This document shows, piece after piece, positions 23,101 to 33,564 of a DNA stretch of 64,000 nt. Each line of letters begins with the position of its first letter. The stretch's first letter is position 1. This DNA is from Mobula hypostoma (lineage: Eukaryota): assembly GCF_963921235.1 (NCBI RefSeq), contig NC_086098.1, positions 5,890,001 through 5,954,000 on the forward strand, read 5' to 3'. Under the pieces are notes generated by a model. The model was not told the origin of the DNA and did no database searches. It saw only the letters and a list, made by a program, of their open reading frames with translations. Both the position numbers and the translations under genes were made by a program.

Positions 23101-25731
23101 ATGGATAGACATGAAGGAAGGGGAGGTGGGGTGGCGTTGCTGGTTAAAGAAGAGATTAACGCAATAGAAAGGAAGGACATAAGCCAGGAAGATGTGGAAT
23201 CAATATGGGTAGAGCTGCGTAACACTAAGGGGCAGAAGACGCTGGTGTACAGGCCACCTAACAGTAGTAGTGAGGTCAAAGATGGTATTAAACAGGAAAT
23301 TAGAAATGTGTGCAATAAAGGAACAGCAGTTATAATGGGTGACTTCAATCTACATGTAGACTGGGTGAACCAAATTGGTAAAGGTGCTGAGGAAGAGGAT
23401 TTCTTGGAATGTATGCGGGATGGTTTTTTGAACCAACATGTCAAGGAACCAACTAGAGAACAGGCTATTCTGGACTGGGTTTTGAGCAATGAGGAAGGGT
23501 TAATTAGCGATATTGTCGTGAGAGGCCCCTTGGGTAAGAGTGACCATAATATGGTGGAATTCTTCATTAATATGGAGAGTGACATAGTTAATTCAGAAAC
23601 AAAGGTTCTGAACTTAAAGAGGGGTAACTTTGAAGGTATGAGACGTGAATTAGCTAAGATAGACTGGCAAATGACACTTAAAGGATTGACGGTGGATATG
23701 CAATGGCAAGCATTTAAAGGTTGCATGGATGAACTACAACAATTGTTCATCCCAGTTTGGCTTAAGAATAAATCAAGGAAGGTAGTGCACCCGTGGCTGA
23801 CAAGAGAAATTAGGGATAGTATCAATTCCAAAGAAGTAGCATACAAATTAGCCAGAGAAAGTGGCTCACCTGAGGACTGGGAGAAATTCAGAGTTCAGCA
23901 GAGGAGGACAAAGGGCTTAATTAGGAAGGGGAAAAAAGATTATGAGAGAAAACTGGCGGGGAACATAAAAACGGACTGTAAAAGCTTTTATAGATATGTA
24001 AAAAGGAAAAGACTGGTAAAGACAAATGTAGGTCCCCTGCAGACAGAAACAGGTGAATTGATTATGGGAAGCAAGGACATGGCAGACCAATTGAATAATT
24101 ACTTTGGTTCTGTCTTCACTAAGGAGGACATAAATAATCTTCCAGAAATAGTAAGGGAAAGAGGGTCCAGTGAGATGGAGGAACTGAGTGAAATACATGT
24201 TAGTAGGGCAGTGGTGTTAGGTAAATTGAAGGGATTGAAGGCAGATAAATCCCCAGGGCCAGATGGTCTGCATCCTAGAGTGCTTAAGGAAGTAGCCCAA
24301 GAAATAGTGGATGCATTAGTGATAATTTTTCAAAACTCGTTAGATTCTGGACTAGTTCCTGAGGATTGGAGGGTGGCTAATGTAACCCCACTTTTTAAAA
24401 AAGGAGGGAGAGAGAAACTGGGGAATTATAGACCGGTTAGCCTAACGTCGGTGGTGGGGAAACTGCTGGAGTCAGTTATCAAGGATGTGATAACAGCACA
24501 TTTGGAAAGCGGTGAAATGATCGGACAAAGTCAGCATGGATTTGTGAAAGGAAAATCATGTCTGACGAATCTCATAGAATTTGTTGAGGATGTAACTAGT
24601 AGAGTGGATAGGGGAGAACCAGTGGATGTGGTATATTTGGATTTTCAAAAGGCTTTTGACAAGGTCCCACACAGGAGATTAGTGTGCAAACTTAAAGCAC
24701 ACGGTATTGGGGGTAAGGTATTGGTGTGGGTGGAGAATTGGTTAGCAGACAGGAAGCAAAGAGTGGGAATAAACGGGACCTTTTCAGAATGGCAGGCGGT
24801 GACTAGTGGGGTACCACAAGGCTCAGTGCTGGGACCCCAGTTGTTTACAATATATATTAATGACTTGGATGAGGGAATTAAATGCAGCATCTCCAAGTTT
24901 GCGGATGACACGAAGCTGGGTGGCAGTGTTAGCAGTGAGGAGGATGCTAAGAGGATGCAGGGTGACTTGGATAGGTTGGGTGAGTGGGCAAACTCATGGC
25001 AGATGCAATTTAATGTGGATAAATGTGAAGTTATCCACTTTGGTGGCAAAAATAGGAAAACAGATTATTATCTGAATGGTGGCCGATTAGGAAAAGGGGA
25101 GGTGCAACGAGACCTGGGTGTCATTATACACCAGTCATTGAAAGTGGGCATGCAGGTACAGCAGGCGGTGAAAAAGGCGAACGGTATGCTGGCATTTATA
25201 GCGAGAGGATTCGAGTACAGGAGCAGGGAGGTACTACTGCAGTTGTACAAGGCCTTGGTGAGACCACACCTGGAGTATTGTGTGCAGTTTTGGTCCCCTA
25301 ATCTGAGGAAAGACATCCTTGCCATAGAGGGAGTACAAAGAAGGTTCACCAGATTGATTCCTGGGATGGCAGGTCTTTCATATGAAGAAAGACTGGATGA
25401 ACTGGGCTTGTACTCGTTGGAATTTAGAAGATTGAGGGGGGATCTGATTGAAACGTATAAGATCCTAAAGGGATTGGACAGGCTAGATGCGGGAAGATTG
25501 TTCCCGATGTTGGGGAGGTCTAGAACGAGGGGTCACAGTTTGAGGATAGAGGGGAAGCCTTTTAGGACCGAGGTTAGGAAAAACTTCTTCACACAGAGAG
25601 TGGTGAATCTGTGGAATTCTCTGCCACAGCAAACTGTTGAGGCCAGTTCATTAGCTATGTTTAAAAGGAAGTTAGATATGGCCCTTGTGGCTACAGGGGT
25701 CACGGGGTATGGAGGGAAGGCTGGGTTCTGA
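23101..25731 (+). CDS. CR1 LINE ORF2 (5'-truncated APE endonuclease plus reverse transcriptase), 876 open codons
   Basis: GGGVALL, YRPP, GDFN, LDWVL, SDH (APE); [41 protein letters not shown] at 24898-24909; element ends in (TTTCTATG)n near 25830. Confidence 0.9.
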   Translation: MDRHEGRGGGVALLVKEEINAIERKDISQEDVESIWVELRNTKGQKTLVYRPPNSSSEVKDGIKQEIRNVCNKGTAVIMGDFNLHVDWVNQIGKGAEEEDFLECMRDGFLNQHVKEPTREQAILDWVLSNEEGLISDIVVRGPLGKSDHNMVEFFINMESDIVNSETKVLNLKRGNFEGMRRELAKIDWQMTLKGLTVDMQWQAFKGCMDELQQLFIPVWLKNKSRKVVHPWLTREIRDSINSKEVAYKLARESGSPEDWEKFRVQQRRTKGLIRKGKKDYERKLAGNIKTDCKSFYRYVKRKRLVKTNVGPLQTETGELIMGSKDMADQLNNYFGSVFTKEDINNLPEIVRERGSSEMEELSEIHVSRAVVLGKLKGLKADKSPGPDGLHPRVLKEVAQEIVDALVIIFQNSLDSGLVPEDWRVANVTPLFKKGGREKLGNYRPVSLTSVVGKLLESVIKDVITAHLESGEMIGQSQHGFVKGKSCLTNLIEFVEDVTSRVDRGEPVDVVYLDFQKAFDKVPHRRLVCKLKAHGIGGKVLVWVENWLADRKQRVGINGTFSEWQAVTSGVPQGSVLGPQLFTIYINDLDEGIKCSISKFADDTKLGGSVSSEEDAKRMQGDLDRLGEWANSWQMQFNVDKCEVIHFGGKNRKTDYYLNGGRLGKGEVQRDLGVIIHQSLKVGMQVQQAVKKANGMLAFIARGFEYRSREVLLQLYKALVRPHLEYCVQFWSPNLRKDILAIEGVQRRFTRLIPGMAGLSYEERLDELGLYSLEFRRLRGDLIETYKILKGLDRLDAGRLFPMLGRSRTRGHSLRIEGKPFRTEVRKNFFTQRVVNLWNSLPQQTVEASSLAMFKRKLDMALVATGVTGYGGKAGF

Positions 25732-25829
25732 GTTGGATGATCAGCCATGATCATAATAAATGGCGGTGCAGGCTCGAAGGGCCGAATGGCCTACTCCTGC
25801 ACCTATTTTCTATGTTTCTATGTTTCTAT

Positions 25830-26577
25830 GATTAGGAAAAGGGGAGGTGCAACGAGACCTGGGTGTCATTATACACCAGTCATTGAAAGTGGGCATGCAG
25901 GTACAGCAGGCGGTGAAAAAGGCGAATTGTATGCTGGCATTTACAGCGAGAGGATTCGAGTACAGGAGCAGGGAGGTACTACTGCAGTTGTACAAGGCCT
26001 TGGTGAGACCACACCTGGAGTATTGTGTGCAGTTTTGGTCCCCTAATCTGAGGAAAGACATCTTTGCCATAGAGGGAGTACAAAGAAGGTTCACCAGATT
26101 GATTCCTGGGATGGCAGGACTTTCATATGAAGAAAGACTGGATGAACTGGGCTTGTACTCGTTGGAATTTAGAAGATTGAGGGGGGATCTGATTGAAACG
26201 TATAAGATCCTAAAGGGATTGGACAGGCTAGATGCAGGAAGATTGTTCCCAATGTTGGGGAAGTCCAGAACGAGGGGTCACAGTTTGAGGATAGAGGGGA
26301 AGCCTTTTAGGACCGAGATTAGGAAAAACTTCTTCACCCAGAGAGTGGTGAATCTGTGGAATTTTCTGCCACAGGAAACTGTTGAGGCCAGTTCATTGGC
26401 TATGTTTAAGAGGGAGTTGTGTGGCTACAGGGATCAGGGGGTATGGAGTGAAGAGTGGGGCGGGCTTCTGAGTTGGATGATCAGCCATGATCATAATAAA
26501 TGGCGGTGCAGGCTCGAAGGGCCGAATGGCCTACTCCTGCACCTATTTTCTATGTTTCTATGTTTCTATGTTTCTAT
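25830..26577 (+). mobile_element. Second CR1 3' copy directly after the tail of the first
   Basis: Repeats 25085-25830 with scattered substitutions and has its own (TTTCTATG)n tail. Confidence 0.95.
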
Positions 26578-26679
26578 TACTATTTATTATTTATGTTGCA
26601 ACTGTAATGAAAACCAATTTCCCCCAGGATCAATAAAGTATGACTATGACTATTTTCTTGGCAGTTAAAGAGATAGAGA

Positions 26680-27603
26680 TAAGCTTTATTTGCCACTGGT
26701 ACATCAAAACATTGAAATATACAGCAAAATGCCCCATTTGCATCAGTGACCAGCAACTGAGGATGTGCTGCGTGCAGTCGCACAGCTTCTGGCACCAACA
26801 TAGCATGCCCGTACATCTTTGGAATGCTTGAGGGAGAAAACCAGAGCACCTAGAGGAAAGCCACACCATCATGGGGAGAATGTACACAAACTTCACAACA
26901 TGTTCACAAATACTTTTTATTTATTTTCAGAACAGACCGTTCTGAACCTTCGAGCCGCACTCCCTAACAACCCACCTATTTAACTCTCGCCTAATCACAG
27001 GACAATTTACAATGACCAATTATCCAACCAGCCAGTACGTCTGCACTGTGTGAGGAAACTGGAGCTCCTGGAGGAAACACATGCACACACAGGAAGAACG
27101 TACGGGTGGAATTAATCTCTGAACTCCGACGCCCCGAGCTGTATTAGTGCTAACCACCATACTATTGTGGCTGCCCATATGCCAATGACATTAAACTTGA
27201 TTCAGCTGCTGATTTCACAAAATGGAGCACAGTAAAGGAGGAGAGTTTTGGCTTTCTTTGATTCACCCTTTTAATCAAACTCATCCGTGTGCACAGTCTA
27301 CTTCCCAACAGTTCTTCCAAGTACCGACCACGATGGTGTTACCGTTAGTGCGATACTCTTACATTCAATTCCAGCTCCATTCTGTGAGGGGTCTCTGTGC
27401 CGCCTCCCTGCGGAACGCGTGAGTTTTCTCTGGGTGTTCCAGTTTCCTCCCACAGTCCAAACACATGGGAGGTTAAAGGTCATTGAAAATTGTCCTGTGA
27501 TTCAGTTAGGGTTAATCAGATTTGTCAGGGGCTTGCTGGGACAGTCTGGCTTGAGGGGCCGAATGGGCATACTTTGCACTGTATCACTAAAACACTAAAT
27601 AAA
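26680..27603. mobile_element. Cluster of three V-SINEs (~26680-26900 minus, ~26915-27175 minus, ~27325-27603 plus)
   Basis: V-domain motifs and CR1-like GGGCCGAATGG tail. Confidence 0.65.
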
Positions 27604-27957
27604 ATGCCCCAGCTTCAGGAACAGGTTAGGTTCGAAATCCTTTAGCCAGTCCCGACAGCCGTTGAACTGATAGATGCCTTTGCAAGTGAAAGTGCCATGT
27701 GTTGCCAGCGCAAGCTTATTAAACAGCAAACAGCTCACATCTGCCTGAACAGAATGTATCAGTGTGCCAAGAATGTTATGTAGCTGAGATGCAGAACTGG
27801 CCACACACACATTGCGTGTTCTGTGTGAATATGTTAAATGCAAGAACTTTTTCATAAAGAAGTGGCTTTGCATATTTTCCGTGCTCCTCTGAAGGTAAAT
27901 TTACAGCCTTAATCAAGTTCTTTAGGGGATGAGATCCCTGTGGCTGCTCAGTTATTT

Positions 27958-28375
27958 GTCACATAGCAACGGGAAGCCAGGAATTTACTGCTAGGGTTAG
28001 CTCACTACCCTGTACAAAGCAACGTGCAGGCAACATCAGCACTGAAGATTCAGTGTCCCACTTGCATCCAGAGCACAGTGCGAGGGAATTTTCTTCCAGC
28101 TCTGCCATGGAGAGTCTCAACCCGGTTGAGAGAGAAGGGTTGGGCGAGGGGCGAGCCACCCCATCCCATAAAAACCCAGAGCTACAGAAACACCTACAGA
28201 AGCTCCAACCACCTCATCCCTGAGAGAGGAAGGATCTTAGCCAAGAAGACGTATGAAGTCATGTGGTGAAATTGGGAGCCACGGGACCGATCGATTTTCT
28301 ATCAAACCACTACTCTGGTGAGCTGCTTTCGGCGGCCTATGCCCCAGTAGGGGTGATTGGCTTAATTAAGTAAGT
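27958..28375 (+). mobile_element. Bipartite non-autonomous RTE-derived retroposon
   Basis: RTE 5'UTR-like GGGTTGGGCG...CCCCATCCCATAAAAAC...GCTACAGAAAC joined to an RTE 3' end GGCGGCCTATGCCCC...(TAAG)n. Confidence 0.5.
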
Positions 28376-28490
28376 GTGCAAGAATTTTCTCCCAGTAAAC
28401 CATGACGTTCCTCCCTAATAAAACAATGGGTTGTCTGGGACAAATATAGCAGGCAGCATGGTAGTGTAGCGGTTAGCGTAACGCTATTAA

Positions 28491-29255
28491 GGTGTCAAAG
28501 GTGTCAAAGGTACATTTAATGTCAGAGAAATGCATACAATATACATCCTGAATTGTTTTTACTTCACAACCATTCACAAAAGCAGAGAAGTGTCCCCAAA
28601 GAATGAATGAGTTAAATGCTAGAACCCCAACTCCAACTCCCCCATCCCACATGTAAGCAGCAGCAAAGTAACAATCCCCCCCTCCCCCACCAGCAAGAAA
28701 AGCATCGGCACCCCCCACCGAGCACTCAAGTGTGCAGCAAAGCATCAATACAGATACAGACTTGCAGGACCCCAAAGACTACTCATTCAGCTGGTATTCG
28801 ACATACCACAGGCTCTCTCTCTCCCCAATAAGGGAGAAAGTGATGTCTCCATTTCACAGTGAGAGGGGAGACATGACAAACAACTTGCAGATTTACGATG
28901 TTAAAAGTCCGTTGTGTTGCTTTTTCCAAGCTCTGTGCCTAAAGATCTCAGGTCTCTGGGCACACAGCCAGAGATATTCCAACTCCCACGACACACTGAT
29001 TTGCTGCCCAGACACCGACCTTCAGTCCGCCCGTCTCCAGGGCCATGAGATCCTGGACCACCCTTGGCATGTCGAATAACAGCCAGTCGTGAAACCCCAA
29101 GACCGGGTCCCATTCCTGCAAAGAACCAAAGTCAGTGTGTAACTCCAAGTCAGGTTCTTCAAAAGAACCCGGAAAGGGAAAAATAGAGATATTAAATATA
29201 GAAATAGAGCTGTTTCTGAAGATGTAAGCAAAGGAATCACCGTTTAGCACCATCA
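28491..29255 (-). mobile_element. Non-coding retroposon with GATGGTGCTAAACGG head and (ACCTTTGAC)n tail
   Basis: 3' part near-identical to 1316-1550; TAAGGT on both flanks (possible TSD). Confidence 0.7.
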
Positions 29256-29314
29256 TAACTAAGGTCACCAGCAATACAGGTTGAATTTCACTACTGTCTG
29301 TAAGGAGTTTGTAT

Positions 29315-29750
29315 GAAATAGGCTTGATAGCTCTGAGCTCGTACTCGCTGAATTTTAGAAGAATGAGAGGGGATCTCATTGAAACTTACTGAATATCAAA
29401 ATATGAAATAGAGTGGATGTGGAAAAGATGATTCCAATAGTGAAGCAGTTGAAGACCACGTAACACAGTCCCAGAATACAAAGACACCCCACTAACTCCT
29501 TTAGACAGAAATAGGGATAATTTATTTAGCAAGAGGGTGGTGAATCTGTGGAATTCATTGCCACAGGCACCTGTGGATGCCAAGTCATTAGGTATATCTA
29601 AACAGTTCTTCATTAGTCAGGGCATCAAAGGTTACAGGGAGCAGGCGGGAGAATGGGGTTGAAGGGGATAATAAATCAGCCATGATGAAATGGTGGAGTT
29701 GATTTGATGTGGCAAATGGCCTAATGCTGCTCCTATGTCTTATGGTTTAT
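29315..29750 (+). mobile_element. CR1 3' fragment
   Basis: GAATTTAGAAGAATGAGAGGGGATCTCATTGAAAC and GTGGTGAATCTGTGGAATTC motifs. Confidence 0.85.
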
Positions 29751-30587
29751 ATATTTTCCACGTAATGATGGGCATTTCCTCCGGGTGTTCTGGTTTCCTC
29801 CCACAGTCCAAAGGTGTACAGTTAGTAGGTTAATTTGTTACATGAGTGCAAATGGGTGGCATAGATTCATTGGGCTGGAAGGACCTACTATTGTGCTGTA
29901 TGTCTAAATAAGTTTATTTAATTAATTATTTAATGATCCAATGCGGAAGAGGCCTTTTTACTGCCCAGCAACCCACCAATTTAACCCAAGCCTACTTACT
30001 ATGACCAATCAACCTACTAACCGGTATATCTTTGCACTGTAAGAGGAAACTGGAGCACCTGGAGGAAATCCACACAGGGAAATTGTAAAAGCTCCTTAGA
30101 AATGGTGCCGGAATTGAACTCCGACAGTCGGAGTGCCCTGAGCTGTAATAACGTTGCGCAAACTGTGACAGAAATACGTTAGGTCATTGAGAGCGCCACT
30201 TTGATTCTGTGTACCACACACATTCCACTCACGGCAGTGCTAAGATGCCCAGCTGTCTGAGGAGGTAGATAACATTTGCTATGAGCTGCTTTCTTCGTTT
30301 GGAAGGGGCATTAACCGAGTGTTTTTCTTGAAGGAGGTACGGGTGATGTTTTAATATCAAGTTCATCTGTTACTTAATTAATTTGAAAGTGGTATTCAAC
30401 TGCAGTCAACGTGGATGCAGCAGCTTTTAAGATGTTAATATCCAGAGGATGTTTAATGAGATTTTCTTGTTCTTTCAGGCAGAGAGAATGAGTATGTGTC
30501 TGTAAGGGACAATGATCCTCTGTGTCCTCAAGCCAGGTGCTGTCCATTTGACATCTTCCATTATTATTGTCATAACAAATGATTCTA

Positions 30588-30652
30588 CAGTGCTGTGGAA
30601 AAGTCTTTGCCATATATATAGCTAGCGTGCCTGAGAATTTTGCACTGTACTG
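30588..30652. mobile_element. Tc1/mariner mini-MITE (~65 bp)
   Basis: TA-flanked CAGTGCTGTGGAAAAGTC...AATTTTGCACTGTACTG. Confidence 0.65.
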
Positions 30653-31144
30653 TAGTAATTTCATGTACTACACTGTACTGCTGCCACAAAAAGAACTAAT
30701 TTCATGAGGTGTGAGTGATGATAAACCTGATTCTGATGGTTGGGAAAAGCAGAAGGGAGAGGGGAGGGAGCAGGAAGAGCCAGAGAGACATTCTGTAATG
30801 ATCAATAAACCAATTGTTTGCAAACAAGTGAACTTGTCTGGTGTCTCAGGGCTGGGTGTGTGTGCAACCTCGCCAGCTCCTCCCCAGGCAATACATCTCT
30901 GCCACCCGGACCCATACTCATGCCATGATGCTTCTTCCTCACCTTTGCTCCCACCAGATTTACAGTCTCCTCTCTGTTATGATTAAGAAAAAATCCAGCT
31001 GGAGGCTGGAACCGAACATTTACCATGTCCAGTGCAGCTGGAGAGGTTTGTTTGATTCGTAGTCACCCAGAAACCACGAACATGTTCACTAACGTTAGGC
31101 CAATGTTAATTGATAGATGGACAAGCCCACGGAATCGACTAATC

Positions 31145-31195
31145 ACATAGTCATAATCATAGTCATACTTTATTAATCCTGGGGGAAATTGGTTG
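31145..31195 (-). mobile_element. ~50-bp extreme 3' tip of the Rex1/Babar family
   Basis: catagtcataatcatagtcatactttattaatcctgggggaaattggtt matches 16125-16172. Confidence 0.8.
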
Positions 31196-32734
31196 CATGA
31201 CAGATTCAGTACTTTCAAATGGGGATTCCGCTTCGACAGATTGTGGCCGCTAATCCATCTTCTTTATGAGCTCATTCTGGATTGAGGGATGGACTTGGCC
31301 GTTTCCAGATATAGTCCAGACGTTGGAGGCATACCCTACCATCCTCAAGTGCTGAAGTAACTTGTTGGCCCTCTTTCACCACAACTTACTCTTTCATCCA
31401 CCTTCAGCTCTCAGGGTTTGGGCAAACATAAACTGATCTCCAACCTCAAAGTTATCTGAAGTTCCATATATGATTTGTACCGTACTTTCATTGCCTTCTG
31501 TCTGTCTCTTACTCAGTCTTCTGTCTCTGGGTGCAATAAATCCAAGTTGGAACGCAGCCCATGACCCACCAATAGCTCAGATGGAGAGAAGCCTGTGGCA
31601 ATTTGTGGGTTATTCGGTACTCAAACAAAAAACTGGTGTATATGTCCCCAAACAACTTGCTTGAAAGTCTGAACAGCTTTCAGTCATTCCATTCAATGAT
31701 GGGTGATAGGGGACGTATGGTGCAATTGAACGCCATTGTCTTGGAAAAATAATTTGAATTCCTTACTTGTAAATGCAGGACCGTTATCACGGACCACAGT
31801 ATTGCAGATTCCATGCATACAAAGTGTTTGCACAAAATGTTTCTCGTAGACTGGGTGGTCGAAGTCTTCACTGCTTTGGTCTCAATCCATTTAGAAGGCA
31901 TATTGACAATTACCAATGGCATGTGACAGTCTAATGGCTCTGCGTAGTCAACGTGTAAGCGTCACCAGGGAGTGGTGTGCCAATGCCATGGAGCTATAAG
32001 TACAGGAGCGCTTAAAGGTTGAGACTGCTGGCATGGGTCGCACAGACAAACTATGTGCTCAATGTCTTCGGCAATTTTCGGCAACCAGACTTAATTCTGG
32101 GCTTCATACATGATATCCCTGGAGATTCACAATGTAAATCTTCCAGGATAGGGACAGTAATTGTGTGGGAATTGCAATACGACTCCCCCACAGTAGACGA
32201 CTGTCGTAGATGTTAAGCTCATTTTGACATCTGGCATACGAGTTTGCCATCCATCTTCTACGCACCTTTTTACTTGTGCCAGTATCACATCTTGCTCAGT
32301 TTCTTCTTTAACCTGAGAAGCGGTGATCAGAGATACGTTGATCCCGTCCATCAGTAGTACCAGTTCGCCGGGAAGTTCTAACTCGCCAGGACATTCAAAT
32401 AATGGAAGACGGCTTAAACCATCTGCGGTGTAATTGTTTCAACTGGGAATATAAGATACTGTGTACTGATGAGCGGACAGGTATAAGGCCCACTGGTGCA
32501 TCCTTGGTGATGCTATTTGCGGCATGGCCTTGCTCTCACCAAGCAATCCCACCGGTGGTTTATGATCCATTTGAATCTCGAAACGTTGGTCATGCAGGTA
32601 ATAGTGAAAACGCATGACCCCAGATAGAACTGCCAATGCTTTCTTGTCCAACTGTGCACTGTTTCATTTGGCTGGGTTAAGGGTACATGACGTGAAAGTG
32701 CCAGGCTTTTCACCACTGCCTGTATTCTTCTGGG

Positions 32735-33395
32735 TTATAGATTATAGATTATGAGGACATGCAATCCTCTTTTATTGTCATTTAGTAATGCATGCGTTAA
32801 GAAATGATACAATGTTTTTCCAGAATGATATCACGGAAACACAAAACAAACCGACTGAAAAACTAACAAAAACCACATAATTATGACATATAGTTACAAC
32901 AGTGCAAAACAATACCGTAATTTGATAAGAACAGACCATGGGCACGGTATAAGTCTCAAAGTCTCTTGAAAGTCCCATCATCTCATCCAGACGGTGAATC
33001 TCCAGCGCCGCAAACTTACTGATGCAGCATCCCGGAAGCATCCGACCACAGTCCGACTCGGAGTCCGTCTGAAAAACTCCGAGCCTCCGACCAGCTCTCC
33101 GACACCGAGCACCGAGCACCGAGCACCATCTCTGCCGAGCGCTTCGACCCTGGCCCTGGCAACAGGCAATAGGCAAAGCCGAGGATTTGGGGCCTTCCCC
33201 TCCGGAGATTCTCGATCACACAGTAGCAACGGCTGCAAAGCGGGCATTTCAGAAGTTACTCCAGGTGTTCCTCCATGCTTCTCACGGCTGTCTCCATTAA
33301 ATCCGGATTGTGCATGGCCCCCTAGTTAACACGTACGATATTCATTCGGAGCGGTTGCGCGCTCTGCGTCGCGCCGCCATCTTCTCCTCCCTCCT
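32735..33395 (-). mobile_element. Apparently complete ~660-bp non-coding retroposon
   Basis: 5' GGAGGAGAAGATGGCGGC, CpG-rich body, AATAAA and (ATAATCT)n tail; interrupts the Gypsy RNase H region. Confidence 0.85.
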
Positions 33396-33564
33396 AGCAT
33401 CACACCAACACCATATGTGGAGACATCATAGTACAAAACTATTGACGCCCTGGATCTGACGTGCATTGATGTTTGGGATTGAGTCAGCATTTGTTCCTCT
33501 CTCTGAAAAGCAAATTCCTCCGCCCATTCCCAATGCCATCTCCTGCATTTCTTCTATGATTAAG

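Larger units (their letters stand above)
22620..26652 (+). mobile_element. Rex1/Babar 3' end split by CR1 insertions (pieces 22620-23102 and ~26578-26652)
   Basis: Near-identical to 16121-16700 and 51901-52460; the 3' UTR resumes after the CR1 and ends AATAAAGTATGACTATGACTAT. Confidence 0.9.
28455..29912 (+). mobile_element. V-SINE split into three pieces by two insertions
   Basis: Head at 28455-28490, B-box region ~29260-29315, V-domain and tail ~29750-29912. Confidence 0.7.

Noticed and set aside
23091..23846. Long antisense ORFs (also 56044-56736, 60101-60529, 48593-49123, 7206-7637)
   Set aside because: Shadow frames of LINE coding strands with no independent protein motifs
23101..25731. 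Bacterial retron, DGR or group II intron RT system
   Set aside because: The RT is fused to an APE domain with CR1-specific motifs and tail; the adjacent repeat is another CR1 copy with no adenine-specific variation pattern
32778..33329. Overlapping 67-132 aa ORFs as a novel gene
   Set aside because: A GC-rich repeat depleted of stops; frames are not preserved against the related copy at 17438-18010
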